This document shows positions 8,985 to 17,899 of a DNA stretch of 64,000 nt, in pieces. Each line of letters begins with the position of its first letter. The stretch's first letter is position 1. The stretch is from IMG/VR virus record IMGVR_UViG_3300006310_000001. One strand, 5' to 3'. Below the pieces are notes generated by a model. It ran no database searches. It was not told the DNA's origin and saw nothing but the letters and a program-made list of their open reading frames with translations. A program made the position numbers and the translations under genes. This DNA comes from a virus.

Positions 8985-10019
8985 CTATCTAATTGGTGGT
9001 ACGTACATTACGCCACCGTTCTTCCAAAGATTATTTAATCCTCGTTCTAATGCAAGTGGAGTATTAGGTCCTACATTTCTCTCAAATGATTCCCCATAGT
9101 TTCCTACTTGTTTGATAATATTATAACCAAACTTCATACCCAATCCTAACATAGGACCTATATAACCTTCAACACCTAGTATTCTTTTAACTTCTTTATT
9201 CTTTGAAGTTAACATTAAATCAACATTGTACATTGTGATACCTGCCTCTTCAGCATTTATCATAATAAAATGTGTCCATCTTATTATATCTTCCCACTCT
9301 TGGTCGCCTTGTCTTACAAGTGGACCTAATGGTTCTTTAGATATAATTTCAGGTAATACCAACCATTTACTAGGGTCTTCTGCACCTGCTCTAGCGGATG
9401 CTAAACCAGAAGCGTCTGTTGTGAATACATCACAATCACCAGCAAATAGTTTTGCCTTTGCGTCTTTATTACCTTCAACATATACTGGCATATATGCCAT
9501 ATTTTGTTCTGCAAAATAATCATTTAGATTTAATTCACTTGTAGTTTCTTTTGTAATACATACAAACGCACCATCTAATTCTGTTGCACTCTTAATATCT
9601 AAATCAGTAGGTATCAAGAATCCTTGTCCATCATAATAGTTAACACCTGCAAATTCAAACATTAAATTAACATCACGACTAATTGTCCAAGTTGTGTTTC
9701 TTGCAAGTACATCAATATTGCCAGACGCCAATGTTGGAAATCTTTGACTAGCATTTAATCCTACAAATTCTACTTTACTTGAGTCACCAAATATACCAGC
9801 GGCAACTGCCTTACAGAAATCTACATCTAAACCACTCCAGTTTCCGTTCTCATCTTGAGCAGAAAATCCTGGTAGACCTGCATTAACTCCACAAATAACA
9901 TAACCTCTTTCTTGTACGGTTTTTAAGAGACCGACTTCTTGTTCTATTTTAATACTCTTTGTTGTATTACAACCAACTAAAAATAGAGCAACTAATAAAC
10001 TCATTAATATTTTTTTCAT
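8985..10019 (-). CDS. aapJ: general L-amino acid ABC transporter substrate-binding protein (AapJ/BztA family), lipoprotein
   Basis: CGVNAGLPGFS..GLDVDFCKAVA..RFPTLASGNIDVLARNTTWTISRD; IISKEPLGPLVRQGD; QVGNYGESFERNVG; lipobox LVGC. Confidence 0.92.
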   Translation of the reverse strand: MKKILMSLLVALFLVGCNTTKSIKIEQEVGLLKTVQERGYVICGVNAGLPGFSAQDENGNWSGLDVDFCKAVAAGIFGDSSKVEFVGLNASQRFPTLASGNIDVLARNTTWTISRDVNLMFEFAGVNYYDGQGFLIPTDLDIKSATELDGAFVCITKETTSELNLNDYFAEQNMAYMPVYVEGNKDAKAKLFAGDCDVFTTDASGLASARAGAEDPSKWLVLPEIISKEPLGPLVRQGDQEWEDIIRWTHFIMINAEEAGITMYNVDLMLTSKNKEVKRILGVEGYIGPMLGLGMKFGYNIIKQVGNYGESFERNVGPNTPLALERGLNNLWKNGGVMYVPPIR

Positions 10020-10029
10020 ATCATATATC

Positions 10030-10329
10030 CTATTGCGTTAATACTTTAGTCTTTTTTTCTTTTTTCTTTTCTGTTAAAGACTTCGCCGTACCACCTAGTT
10101 TTAAACTACCAGATTGGTCAGGCATTTTGTTTTTTATACTGACAATGTTGCCATCTTTATCTATTTCTGCCATAGATGGACCACAAATAACTCTACGACC
10201 ATCTCTCAACTTCTCAATTTTTCTTTTGTCTTTAAGGCAATCCATCAGTCCATCATACTTAACAAATTCGCTTGAAGTATTGGTCACAATAAACATTGTG
10301 ATGATGGTAACTAGTGTTGTTGCGTCCAT
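10030..10329 (-). CDS. secreted hypothetical protein
   Basis: Signal-like N-terminus; DCLKDKRKIEK motif. Confidence 0.7.
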   Translation of the reverse strand: MDATTLVTIITMFIVTNTSSEFVKYDGLMDCLKDKRKIEKLRDGRRVICGPSMAEIDKDGNIVSIKNKMPDQSGSLKLGGTAKSLTEKKKEKKTKVLTQ

Positions 10330-10332
10330 ATC

Positions 10333-10785
10333 TTACTCTCCTGTGTTTCCGTTTTTGACACTTCTTATTTTGTCCTTTAATTTCTCTACGTCTGCTAAAA
10401 CCTTTTCCATATCTTTCTGCAATCTCTCAATGTTAACTGCATTGTTCATCATATTTTGTAAATCTTTTTGGATTGTTTCTAACTGTCCACTCAAAAATTC
10501 AATCAACATAAATTGCTCGGAATCAGCAGGTGGTGAACCTAAATCACCTCTCGGCCATTTGATTCTAAATTCGTTATTCTTCTCTATATCACCAGAAAGT
10601 CTTTCACTTGCTTGGTTTAAATCTTTTTCTAATAGTGTTGTATTAGTTTCCAATTTGTTCAATCGCTCAATCACACCAAAATATGCCCACACGCCAACGG
10701 CTACGGCACCGATTATAGCAATTAAGTTCTTCATAGGCATACTTACTGCCGTTTGGTCTGATATATCTAATCTATTTTTTGCCAT
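10333..10785 (-). CDS. membrane-anchored coiled-coil protein
   Basis: One N-terminal TM segment followed by heptad-rich helices. Confidence 0.7.
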   Translation of the reverse strand: MAKNRLDISDQTAVSMPMKNLIAIIGAVAVGVWAYFGVIERLNKLETNTTLLEKDLNQASERLSGDIEKNNEFRIKWPRGDLGSPPADSEQFMLIEFLSGQLETIQKDLQNMMNNAVNIERLQKDMEKVLADVEKLKDKIRSVKNGNTGE

Positions 10786-10787
10786 AA

Positions 10788-11108
10788 CTATTTCTTTTTA
10801 GGTAACTTCGCACCTGGTTTGCCAACATATAATCCAAAGAAGGCAGCACCAGCACCAACTATAGTTGATATGTACATTGCTTGTGAATTGGTTGGGTCTG
10901 GTAATGTCATAAACCAAGTTACTGATTTATAGAAGGCATAGATGTATGCCAACATTACTAATCTAGGTATGACCCTAAACTTGTCTAATAGACCTGCTGT
11001 CTTATTATACCAAGTAGCAGCGTCTTCTCCTTCATCAGGAACAAGGTCACTTTTCTTTAGTTCATACTCTTCGGTTGTCTTTTTTACTTTTATTAAATCG
11101 TCTGCCAT
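10788..11108 (-). CDS. two-TM membrane protein (holin-like architecture)
   Basis: Two hydrophobic helices and a basic C-terminus. Confidence 0.55.
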   Translation of the reverse strand: MADDLIKVKKTTEEYELKKSDLVPDEGEDAATWYNKTAGLLDKFRVIPRLVMLAYIYAFYKSVTWFMTLPDPTNSQAMYISTIVGAGAAFFGLYVGKPGAKLPKKK

Positions 11109-11110
11109 TT

Positions 11111-11311
11111 TTATCCTTTTTGTCCTGCATTTCTTAATCTAATTCTATCGTTCTCTTCTTTGATATAATTAGATAACAAATTCACATATATTTCCCTCTC
11201 CCAAGGCACCATATTCTCCAATTCAGTCAATGAATATTTATGATGTTGCATTAATGCAAAATTCACTTGATAGTAATTCTCTAAAGATTCGTGAGAGAGG
11301 GCAATACGAAA
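11111..11311 (-). CDS. gp51: gp51-like C-terminal segment, probably expressed by -1 frameshift from gp26
   Basis: Manually read frame RIALSHESLENYYQVNFALMQHHKYSLTELENMVPWEREIYVNLL; no ATG/GTG/TTG upstream of the conserved motif in this frame. Confidence 0.75.
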   Translation of the reverse strand, partial: FRIALSHESLENYYQVNFALMQHHKYSLTELENMVPWEREIYVNLLSNYIKEENDRIRLRNAGQKG

Positions 11312-12015
11312 AAATCCGATAATCCAGCCAACGTAAGTTTACTCTTAACTTTCGTCTTCGGATTCTCTAACTCTATGTCTTGCTTCAATTTAGGCATAGT
11401 ATCAAAGAAATCATTGATTTTCTTATATGTTTTACTATCTAAACTGTCTATAAACTTCTGCATTTCTTCATTACTATAATCAGCAGGTGTATGTATCTTA
11501 TCTCCTTCATAAATTTGATATATGGAATTAGCAAGTATATCAAACATCGCTCTAGTTTTCTCTTTCTTTGGATCTCTACCTTTTGCTGAATTGATTGTAG
11601 GGTAACTCATTATCATACCAAGCTTTTTCTTCTCATCAATTACAATGTTATTAGTATGTTCGTCATCTACGTGTACTTCCACTTTAGACAAATCTATCTC
11701 AACATCTGCATAAGTCTTACTATCATCAGGACATAACAATTTAAGTTTTGCTATCTCACCAACTGACTTCGCTCTTATTTGTAAAAAAATATACTCTACA
11801 TCAAATAGAGGTAGTGTATCTATATTTACTTTTCCAAATGTACAAGCGTGTACTATTTGTTTCAATGCATTGGTCATATCTTCATCTTTTCCAGATTCCA
11901 ATGCCTGTAATAATATCTTCTCTTCTTTAACAAGAAAAGGTCTGAATTTAACCTTTACATCTTTAGATGGTAACGTCAAATCATATGTCGCTGTTTCTAA
12001 TATTGGCAATGCCAT
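11281..12015 (-). CDS. gp26: baseplate hub assembly protein gp26
   Basis: MALPILETATYDLTLPS..FRPFLVKEEKILL..LFDVEYIFLQIRAKSVGE. Confidence 0.9.
   Translation of the reverse strand: MALPILETATYDLTLPSKDVKVKFRPFLVKEEKILLQALESGKDEDMTNALKQIVHACTFGKVNIDTLPLFDVEYIFLQIRAKSVGEIAKLKLLCPDDSKTYADVEIDLSKVEVHVDDEHTNNIVIDEKKKLGMIMSYPTINSAKGRDPKKEKTRAMFDILANSIYQIYEGDKIHTPADYSNEEMQKFIDSLDSKTYKKINDFFDTMPKLKQDIELENPKTKVKSKLTLAGLSDFFVLPSLTNL
11308..11314 (-). promoter_or_regulatory. slippery heptamer T TTT TTC (candidate -1 programmed frameshift site)
   Basis: X XXY YYZ pattern correctly phased in the gp26 frame; a -1 shift enters the gp51 frame. Confidence 0.65.
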
Positions 12016-12040
12016 AATTTACTCCTTTTATTATATTAGT

Positions 12041-13057
12041 TTAACCAGATGTACTTCTGGATCTATGGTAAGGTGGAAACACCCTGCCTCCTGTAGCTTT
12101 TCCAATCGGTACATCTCTTCGTATTTTTCCAATAACAGTTCTAGCTGCTCTTTTAATTTCTGGAGGCATATTTCCTAAAACAGTACTAAATGTTCCATAA
12201 TCATTACGAGCTTTTATATTTGGCATATCTGGAGGTGTTTCATTAAAACCAACACCTTGCAATGATTCTAATGTTATATTCTCCCAAGTTCTATATGCAA
12301 AAGTTATAGGTATATCCATAGGTATCATATCGTCTGTCATTGCTTGATACGTTATCTCCCCAATTGTTTCTGGATATACTTCGTGCAATCTTACTCCGTA
12401 AGTTAACCTAGTATTATCATTTGGATGTAGTTCGTCTGTTTGTCTAAATTGTCCTAACTGATAAATCTCCATACTACCTATATAACTATCATAATATTCT
12501 AAATTGTGTGATGATTGGTCATACATCTTACTTTGCCAATTTTCAAAAAATGCTCTTTGTCTTAAAAATTTATCTCCCATAAACATACAGTCTATTGTAG
12601 CACCATAAGCATATGCATAAGGCATTTTTCTACCTGGTCCATAAGTTACGTAATTTGTAGTTAATATATCCCTATGAGGTAATTTAACCTGGGTACACAT
12701 TAACTCTACATTTCTTGTCATTTGTGATGATTCTAATACATTATTTCCCCTACTTGTTTTTATTGCCGCCATAGCAGCTTTTATCATACTACGACTATCA
12801 TTAGGTTTGGAAGCTTTATATTCAGGTGGAAATAATCTAATTAAAAATCTATTTGCTCTAGCAACACCTTCACCCCTATTAATTTGGGACATAAAGTTAC
12901 CAATAGCCGTTGCTTGATTCATCCCAGGCATTTGACCACCCTTTGCCGTTGATTTAAGTCTTTTATCTTTTTCAACGTCAACTAAAGACCTATCTCTTGG
13001 AAGTCCTATTCGGACATCCATATTACCGATACGTCTACCTGCTCTAAATATTGCCAT
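12041..13057 (-). CDS. gp54: baseplate tail tube initiator gp54-like
   Basis: ARANRFLIRL; LMCTQVKLP; FFENWQ..YYDSYIGSMEIYQL; LHEVYPETIG (gp19-like fold). Confidence 0.8.
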   Translation of the reverse strand: MAIFRAGRRIGNMDVRIGLPRDRSLVDVEKDKRLKSTAKGGQMPGMNQATAIGNFMSQINRGEGVARANRFLIRLFPPEYKASKPNDSRSMIKAAMAAIKTSRGNNVLESSQMTRNVELMCTQVKLPHRDILTTNYVTYGPGRKMPYAYAYGATIDCMFMGDKFLRQRAFFENWQSKMYDQSSHNLEYYDSYIGSMEIYQLGQFRQTDELHPNDNTRLTYGVRLHEVYPETIGEITYQAMTDDMIPMDIPITFAYRTWENITLESLQGVGFNETPPDMPNIKARNDYGTFSTVLGNMPPEIKRAARTVIGKIRRDVPIGKATGGRVFPPYHRSRSTSG

Positions 13058-13059
13058 TT

Positions 13060-13200
13060 CTATTTCCTATTCTTTGGGTGTCTACCAAAATAATGTTCGG
13101 ATGGTTCGTAGTTCCATCTATGTCCGTGGTGTCCTCTAACGTCAGCATACCACATCCTGATTTTAACTATCATAACTCTCCATAATGTTCTCTTTGCCAT
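13060..13200 (-). CDS. small basic His-rich protein (46 aa)
   Basis: Manually read ORF MAKRTLWRVMIVKIRMWYADVRGHHGHRW... Confidence 0.55.
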   Translation of the reverse strand: MAKRTLWRVMIVKIRMWYADVRGHHGHRWNYEPSEHYFGRHPKNRK

Positions 13201-13206
13201 TTCTTA

Positions 13207-13761
13207 TCAGATTGCTCTCCTACTGTCTGCCCATACTTTACTTGCTGGTGCTTTTCTAAATTGTTGTACTGGTAAATATACTGCAATAGCCATTTCGTCT
13301 GCGTCTATTCTTAAAAAGTTTGACCTTACGTGTCGCCACAAATATTTCTTAATCGTTGGTTGTATCATAGGTATATTTTTAAGTGTACTGTATGTCGCAT
13401 TTATTCTTGTTGTAGAATCAAATTGTGTATTGCTAGCATATCGTTGTATCTCTTGTAATAATCTAAATCTCATTATATATGGTAAATAGTGAAAATTCAA
13501 CCCTACAAAACCACCTTTAAATGTATCTACTGGTAAAACTAATGGAAATATGTCGTAATATGGTAATTTCTTTTTAGTTTTAGGGTCATAAAAATACATA
13601 TTCAAACGTCCTGCACTAGGTCTTTGATTTAGTTTTCCACTTCTCATAAGAGCTTTTGCACTTGTCCTACCTGCTATAGTTTGTACTGCATTCCTATACC
13701 ATTCGGCTGACTTTAGTACACCCTTTTGTCTATCTACTATGGGTTCAAATATATTTGCCAT
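13207..13761 (-). CDS. gp2: DNA end protector gp2
   Basis: MYFYDPKTKKKLPYYDIFPLVLP..GLNFHYLPY; probable start MANIFEP at 13761. Confidence 0.9.
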   Translation of the reverse strand: MANIFEPIVDRQKGVLKSAEWYRNAVQTIAGRTSAKALMRSGKLNQRPSAGRLNMYFYDPKTKKKLPYYDIFPLVLPVDTFKGGFVGLNFHYLPYIMRFRLLQEIQRYASNTQFDSTTRINATYSTLKNIPMIQPTIKKYLWRHVRSNFLRIDADEMAIAVYLPVQQFRKAPASKVWADSRRAI

Positions 13762-13766
13762 ACTAC

Positions 13767-13774
13767 TATTTATA
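13767..13774 (-). promoter_or_regulatory. late promoter TATAAATA for gp2
   Basis: Exact consensus immediately upstream of the gp2 start. Confidence 0.7.
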
Positions 13775-13780
13775 ATGAAA

Positions 13781-13806
13781 AAGGGCACCTATTACTAGGT
13801 GCCCTT
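13781..13806 (-). terminator. rho-independent terminator after gp32
   Basis: AAGGGCACCT-attact-AGGTGCCCTT hairpin followed by a T-run on the minus strand. Confidence 0.8.
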
Positions 13807-13837
13807 GAAGTTTTAACGTTTTTTGAGAGAGAAAGGT

Positions 13838-14728
13838 TTACTCTTCGTCTGCCAATTTACTAAAATAAGACAACGTATCGTCTTCCTCACTAGCAGGTTT
13901 AGAGTTCACAACGTTAGTACTTTTCACCTTGCCATTGACCTGTTGTGGGAGGTCAACTGTTTCAACAGTTTCGGTGCTTCGTGTACCCATAATTATCCTA
14001 TTCAGTTTCTCTTTGAGTTCGTCATAAGATTTAAAATTACTAGGGTCCACAAATGGTTTCAAAGGATACTGTTTCGCCCATATTGCTTTAATAGCAGTAT
14101 CTTCACTTGCTACTGGCGTAACACCTTCAAATTCAGATTTGTCGTAGTTCCAATAGCCATCAACTTTTCTAATTTTTAGTTTAAAGTTTGCACCTTTCCA
14201 AAAATCAAATGGGTTGATTGCCTTTTCATCCGCAAATTGAGGTTGCATTGCTTCTGATATCTTATCAAATATCTTTTTACCAAATTTGTATAAGAAAACT
14301 TTGCCTTCATTTTCGGGATGTTTTGGATCACTAACAATATAGATGTTAGAATAGTATGATAATTTTCTTTTTCTCTTACGAGCAATATCCTTATCACTAT
14401 CAACACCTGTATTCCATAATCTTGTATTATCTTCACTAACTGGATCTTTAGTATTTAAAGTTGTTAATGAATTTTCAATGTACCAACCGCCTTTGTCTTG
14501 AAATGCGTGTGACCATACTCTTTGCCAAGGCATTTCTTCGTTGTTAGACGCAGGTAAAAATCTAATAACAGCATAACCGTTACCAGTTTTATCTAACTCT
14601 GGTTTCCAAAGTCTATCGTCTTGATACTTGTTTTTGTTTGCTTGATCCTCGGGACCGAGGTTCTTTTCAAGTGCCTTTGTAATCTTATCAAAGTTACTTG
14701 ATGATGATTTTAATGTTTCAAAATCCAT
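13838..14728 (-). CDS. gp32: single-stranded DNA-binding protein gp32
   Basis: WKPELDKTGNGYAVIRFLPA..WYIENSLTTL..GKVFLYKFGKKIFDKI..KVDGYWNYDKSEF; acidic tail. Confidence 0.97.
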   Translation of the reverse strand: MDFETLKSSSSNFDKITKALEKNLGPEDQANKNKYQDDRLWKPELDKTGNGYAVIRFLPASNNEEMPWQRVWSHAFQDKGGWYIENSLTTLNTKDPVSEDNTRLWNTGVDSDKDIARKRKRKLSYYSNIYIVSDPKHPENEGKVFLYKFGKKIFDKISEAMQPQFADEKAINPFDFWKGANFKLKIRKVDGYWNYDKSEFEGVTPVASEDTAIKAIWAKQYPLKPFVDPSNFKSYDELKEKLNRIIMGTRSTETVETVDLPQQVNGKVKSTNVVNSKPASEEDDTLSYFSKLADEE

Positions 14729-14794
14729 ATGTATTCTCCTTTTGTATTAACATATTCGTTGTATTTGTGTAGACTATATAATCGTCTTCATTAT

Positions 14795-14845
14795 TATTTA
14801 TACACTCACTATGTCTAATATAACATAATTAGAGCATAGAGTCAA
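14795..14845 (-). promoter_or_regulatory. tandem sigma70-type (TTGACT-N17-TATATT) and late (TATAAATA) promoters for gp32
   Basis: -35 at 14840-14845; late box at 14795-14802. Confidence 0.65.
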
Positions 14846-15716
14846 GTGTGGTATAATCTATGTACTTCAGGTTAGGTATGCCTTTCCACTCTTCAATAGG
14901 TCCATTGACCTTATCCCTGCCATCATTATATCTATTGACCTTATAAAAATGTATGTCTGGATACCATTGGAACATAGTTCTCCATTGGTTGATCCAATTC
15001 AACCCTGGTGTTGGACTGTTATCTTTTGCTGTATAATGCTTACTACTCTTGTAGATATTATTAATCTTCTCATTATGACTATGTAAATCGTGTCCTATTA
15101 GGTACACTTCACAAGGATTCTCTTTCTTAACTGCAACCAAACCAGCACTTGCCCCACACGCCCAACCGTGGTCTCTAGGTTCGCATACATCATCTAATGA
15201 GTGTGAATAGTCTGGTTCTTTTATCCAACTAACTTTAATTTGAGCTTGGTCAACTTTCCTTTTAAGTACTGCACCATCTGTCAATACAGATACTACACCT
15301 TTTAAATTAGAACCGTGTAAAACATATTCTTTACTATCACCACGTCCATTGGTTATAACAGCACCTTGTTCTATTGCTCTATCTAATTCTTCTTTAGATA
15401 AACCATCTTGTATTATTGCGTCATATGTATGAGCAGGCACTTTAGTCCAATTTCTAAAATAACAAGGTATCTTTTGTGCCATACCTGCGTGATATATTTC
15501 GTGTATCATTCCGTGGTCTACACCAGTTAATACATCACATAAATTAGGGTGGTCTCTATAAATGGCATTGCAACCATATATCTTACCAAATTCTTTATAC
15601 TTTAATAAATCTATACCTATTCTACTCTCACCGTTACCGATACAGAATACTCTACTAGACCTCTTTTCTTCTTTAATTTCTTTTGCTAACTCTTCAACGT
15701 CTTCTGATATTATCAT
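14829..15716 (-). CDS. Rossmann-like protein resembling MptE-like / CstII-type glycosyltransferase fold
   Basis: VFCIGNGESR..IYGCNAIY..DVLTGVD and CGASAGLVA..EVYLIGHDL resemble the IAGNGPS..FRCNQFY and SG..A..EIYLSGIDF patterns. Confidence 0.45.
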   Translation of the reverse strand: MIISEDVEELAKEIKEEKRSSRVFCIGNGESRIGIDLLKYKEFGKIYGCNAIYRDHPNLCDVLTGVDHGMIHEIYHAGMAQKIPCYFRNWTKVPAHTYDAIIQDGLSKEELDRAIEQGAVITNGRGDSKEYVLHGSNLKGVVSVLTDGAVLKRKVDQAQIKVSWIKEPDYSHSLDDVCEPRDHGWACGASAGLVAVKKENPCEVYLIGHDLHSHNEKINNIYKSSKHYTAKDNSPTPGLNWINQWRTMFQWYPDIHFYKVNRYNDGRDKVNGPIEEWKGIPNLKYIDYTTLDSML

Positions 15717-16247
15717 TTAAAAGTAGTTAAAATTTATATTAACTCTCCTTGTATCGTTTGTTGTAGTTGAGCTACAATGTGGAATAGTTGGATCAAAAAG
15801 CAATGCTCTATTTGCAACACTATCAACTTTAGTACCATCATCAAGTTTTGTATATCCATTGCAAGTGTTTATACTAAACAAACACGCCTTACGATTTAAA
15901 GAAGTACTACTCGGCCAATCTACGTGCATATCGTGTTCAATTAGTGTGCCTTGATTAGGATATGAATTCATTTTTACTCTTATTAAAGTACTCAAACGAC
16001 ATCTTTCATCTTTAAGTTCTCTTAATTTTTTCAAAACTGGATTCATTAATTCAAAAGATGTATTAAATGTTGGTCGGTCATTGTCATATAACATATGCAT
16101 TGAATAAAATGTATGACCTTGTTTTTCACCTCTTCTTACTATTTCGTCATAGTGAAACCAAGGAAAATATCTACCCAATGCCTTTGCACTTAATTCCCTA
16201 AAGTCTTCTTTATCTAAAAAATTATCTATGACTTGGTAGAGTTGCAT
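15717..16247 (-). CDS. 2OG-Fe(II) oxygenase
   Basis: HDMHVD..H..RVNINFNY (HxD...H...R); start MQLYQV with a GGAGG Shine-Dalgarno. Confidence 0.85.
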   Translation of the reverse strand: MQLYQVIDNFLDKEDFRELSAKALGRYFPWFHYDEIVRRGEKQGHTFYSMHMLYDNDRPTFNTSFELMNPVLKKLRELKDERCRLSTLIRVKMNSYPNQGTLIEHDMHVDWPSSTSLNRKACLFSINTCNGYTKLDDGTKVDSVANRALLFDPTIPHCSSTTTNDTRRVNINFNYF

Positions 16248-16304
16248 ATAACCTCCATTGCCTCTAGTATTTCGGCTATAGTCCACGTACCGTTAATCTT
16301 CTTA

Positions 16305-16928
16305 TTAAGATTTGAGTTCACTAGTTATAATCTCCTTCATTACTAATTTAGCTTTCGTCTTGTTAAATGATATAAATGGTTTCATTTTCCGCAATTTTCT
16401 GGACATATCAGTCCACACAACTTTTTCCGTAACTTGTTTATCCCAGTCTTTAATAAAACCAAGGACTGAATCAAGTATGATGGCGGTTGGGTATGAAACT
16501 TTCCGTTGAATAAGTAATCGTAGCATTCGTGGATGTTGCCCATTAACCACGCTAAAGCCATCATCAAAAGAAATGCCCCTCCTACTAAAGTCATAAACAA
16601 TACTATTAATACTGCTTCGTAAACTGTAGTCAAAAGACTCAAAATATTTTCTGTACTGAAGGTAGGTTTTGTGTCCATTGTCATTTAATAAATTCCCTAT
16701 CCATTTCTTACTATCGTCAATAAAATTACTTACAAAGAAATCAAGCACTTCACTTGGACTATATCTTGTAGATAACTTATAGAAGAAGTATCTATCTTTT
16801 CTTTTAGTAAATGAATCCAATGTTGCATTTACCTTACCTGTATATTTATGATAGTCATAGGTGTCTGTTGTAAAATGCAACTTAACACCTAGATATATCT
16901 TATATACGTCAAATCCTCCATATGCCAT
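16305..16928 (-). CDS. gp59: helicase loader gp59
   Basis: GFDVYKIYLGVKLHFTTDTYDYHKY..FTKRKDRYFFYKL. Confidence 0.92.
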   Translation of the reverse strand: MAYGGFDVYKIYLGVKLHFTTDTYDYHKYTGKVNATLDSFTKRKDRYFFYKLSTRYSPSEVLDFFVSNFIDDSKKWIGNLLNDNGHKTYLQYRKYFESFDYSLRSSINSIVYDFSRRGISFDDGFSVVNGQHPRMLRLLIQRKVSYPTAIILDSVLGFIKDWDKQVTEKVVWTDMSRKLRKMKPFISFNKTKAKLVMKEIITSELKS

Positions 16929-16929
16929 A

Positions 16930-17544
16930 CTAATCTATCAAATACTTATAACAAATTGGGAAATGGTCTTTCATATGTCTTGATAACTGGTGAGTGACCA
17001 TTCTCGTTTCTGCTTGAGCATTACTCTTACTCCTTAAATTACATACTCTACTAAATGCAAATACACTACCTGACCATATCCACTCGGTCATCATACATTG
17101 AGGTAGTACCATACGTGCCATTTCTGGTGCAATACCTTCCTCTAACATATCATTGTATGTTTCTGTAGCCACATTTATTAAATGTGTAATATCATATTCT
17201 ACTTCTTCATCACTTGAACCTTGTTTAATACTCTTCTCTGGTTTCTTTCTCCACATAAAAGGTATATAAAACTCTGGTTTATCTGAAACATATCGTCTAC
17301 TCACTTCGTTCCAACTTAAACCTACTTGATGTTTAACTAATTGTCTTGCAACAAAGATAGGTGCTTTAATTCTAAATGATAGAAAGGCGTGTGCAAATGG
17401 TGACCAATGTCCGTGCAATGCCAAATACTTAATTAACTTGTCATCTTTTTCATCAAGTTTATCTTTTCTTTTTGCAAAGGATACTCTAGCAGCATTGACT
17501 ACTGATAGGTCACTACCTAATTTATCTATAAGTTCTATATCCAT
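16930..17544 (-). CDS. thyX: flavin-dependent thymidylate synthase
   Basis: VVNAARVSF, GHWSPF, RQLVKHQVGLSWNEVSRRY, MARMVLPQ. Confidence 0.97.
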   Translation of the reverse strand: MDIELIDKLGSDLSVVNAARVSFAKRKDKLDEKDDKLIKYLALHGHWSPFAHAFLSFRIKAPIFVARQLVKHQVGLSWNEVSRRYVSDKPEFYIPFMWRKKPEKSIKQGSSDEEVEYDITHLINVATETYNDMLEEGIAPEMARMVLPQCMMTEWIWSGSVFAFSRVCNLRSKSNAQAETRMVTHQLSRHMKDHFPICYKYLID

Positions 17545-17711
17545 TATTCTCCAAATCCATCTATTGCTCTTGCGTGAAAAGGATTCTCTTTCTTTTCCTC
17601 TTCTTTCAATTCATCATATTTCTTTTTCTTTTTCTTATATTCTTCTTCTGTTAAACTATGCCAACCTATACAAAGTTGTGTTGGTGACCTACCACATTGA
17701 CATACTGACAT
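17544..17711 (-). CDS. CDGSH-like iron-sulfur/zinc mini-protein (55 aa)
   Basis: Manually read MSVCQCGRSPTQLCIGWHSLTEEEY...; C-x-C-x2-S-x4-C-x-G-x-H. Confidence 0.6.
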   Translation of the reverse strand: MSVCQCGRSPTQLCIGWHSLTEEEYKKKKKKYDELKEEEKKENPFHARAIDGFGE

Positions 17712-17899
17712 TAAAATAACTTCCCTATTTTATATACTCCCCATAATGCCATAAAGACAAATAAGGCACTTAACACACCACCTTCAAACAAAGCAACTAA
17801 TGTAACTGTTGCCCACAATGCATAGAACACTAAAGATTTCCAGTTCATAAAGAACCAAACTAATGCTAATCCAATTACTTTTAAATATTCTTTTATCAT
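17711..17899 (-). CDS. small membrane protein
   Basis: 62 aa, largely hydrophobic. Confidence 0.6.
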   Translation of the reverse strand: MIKEYLKVIGLALVWFFMNWKSLVFYALWATVTLVALFEGGVLSALFVFMALWGVYKIGKLF

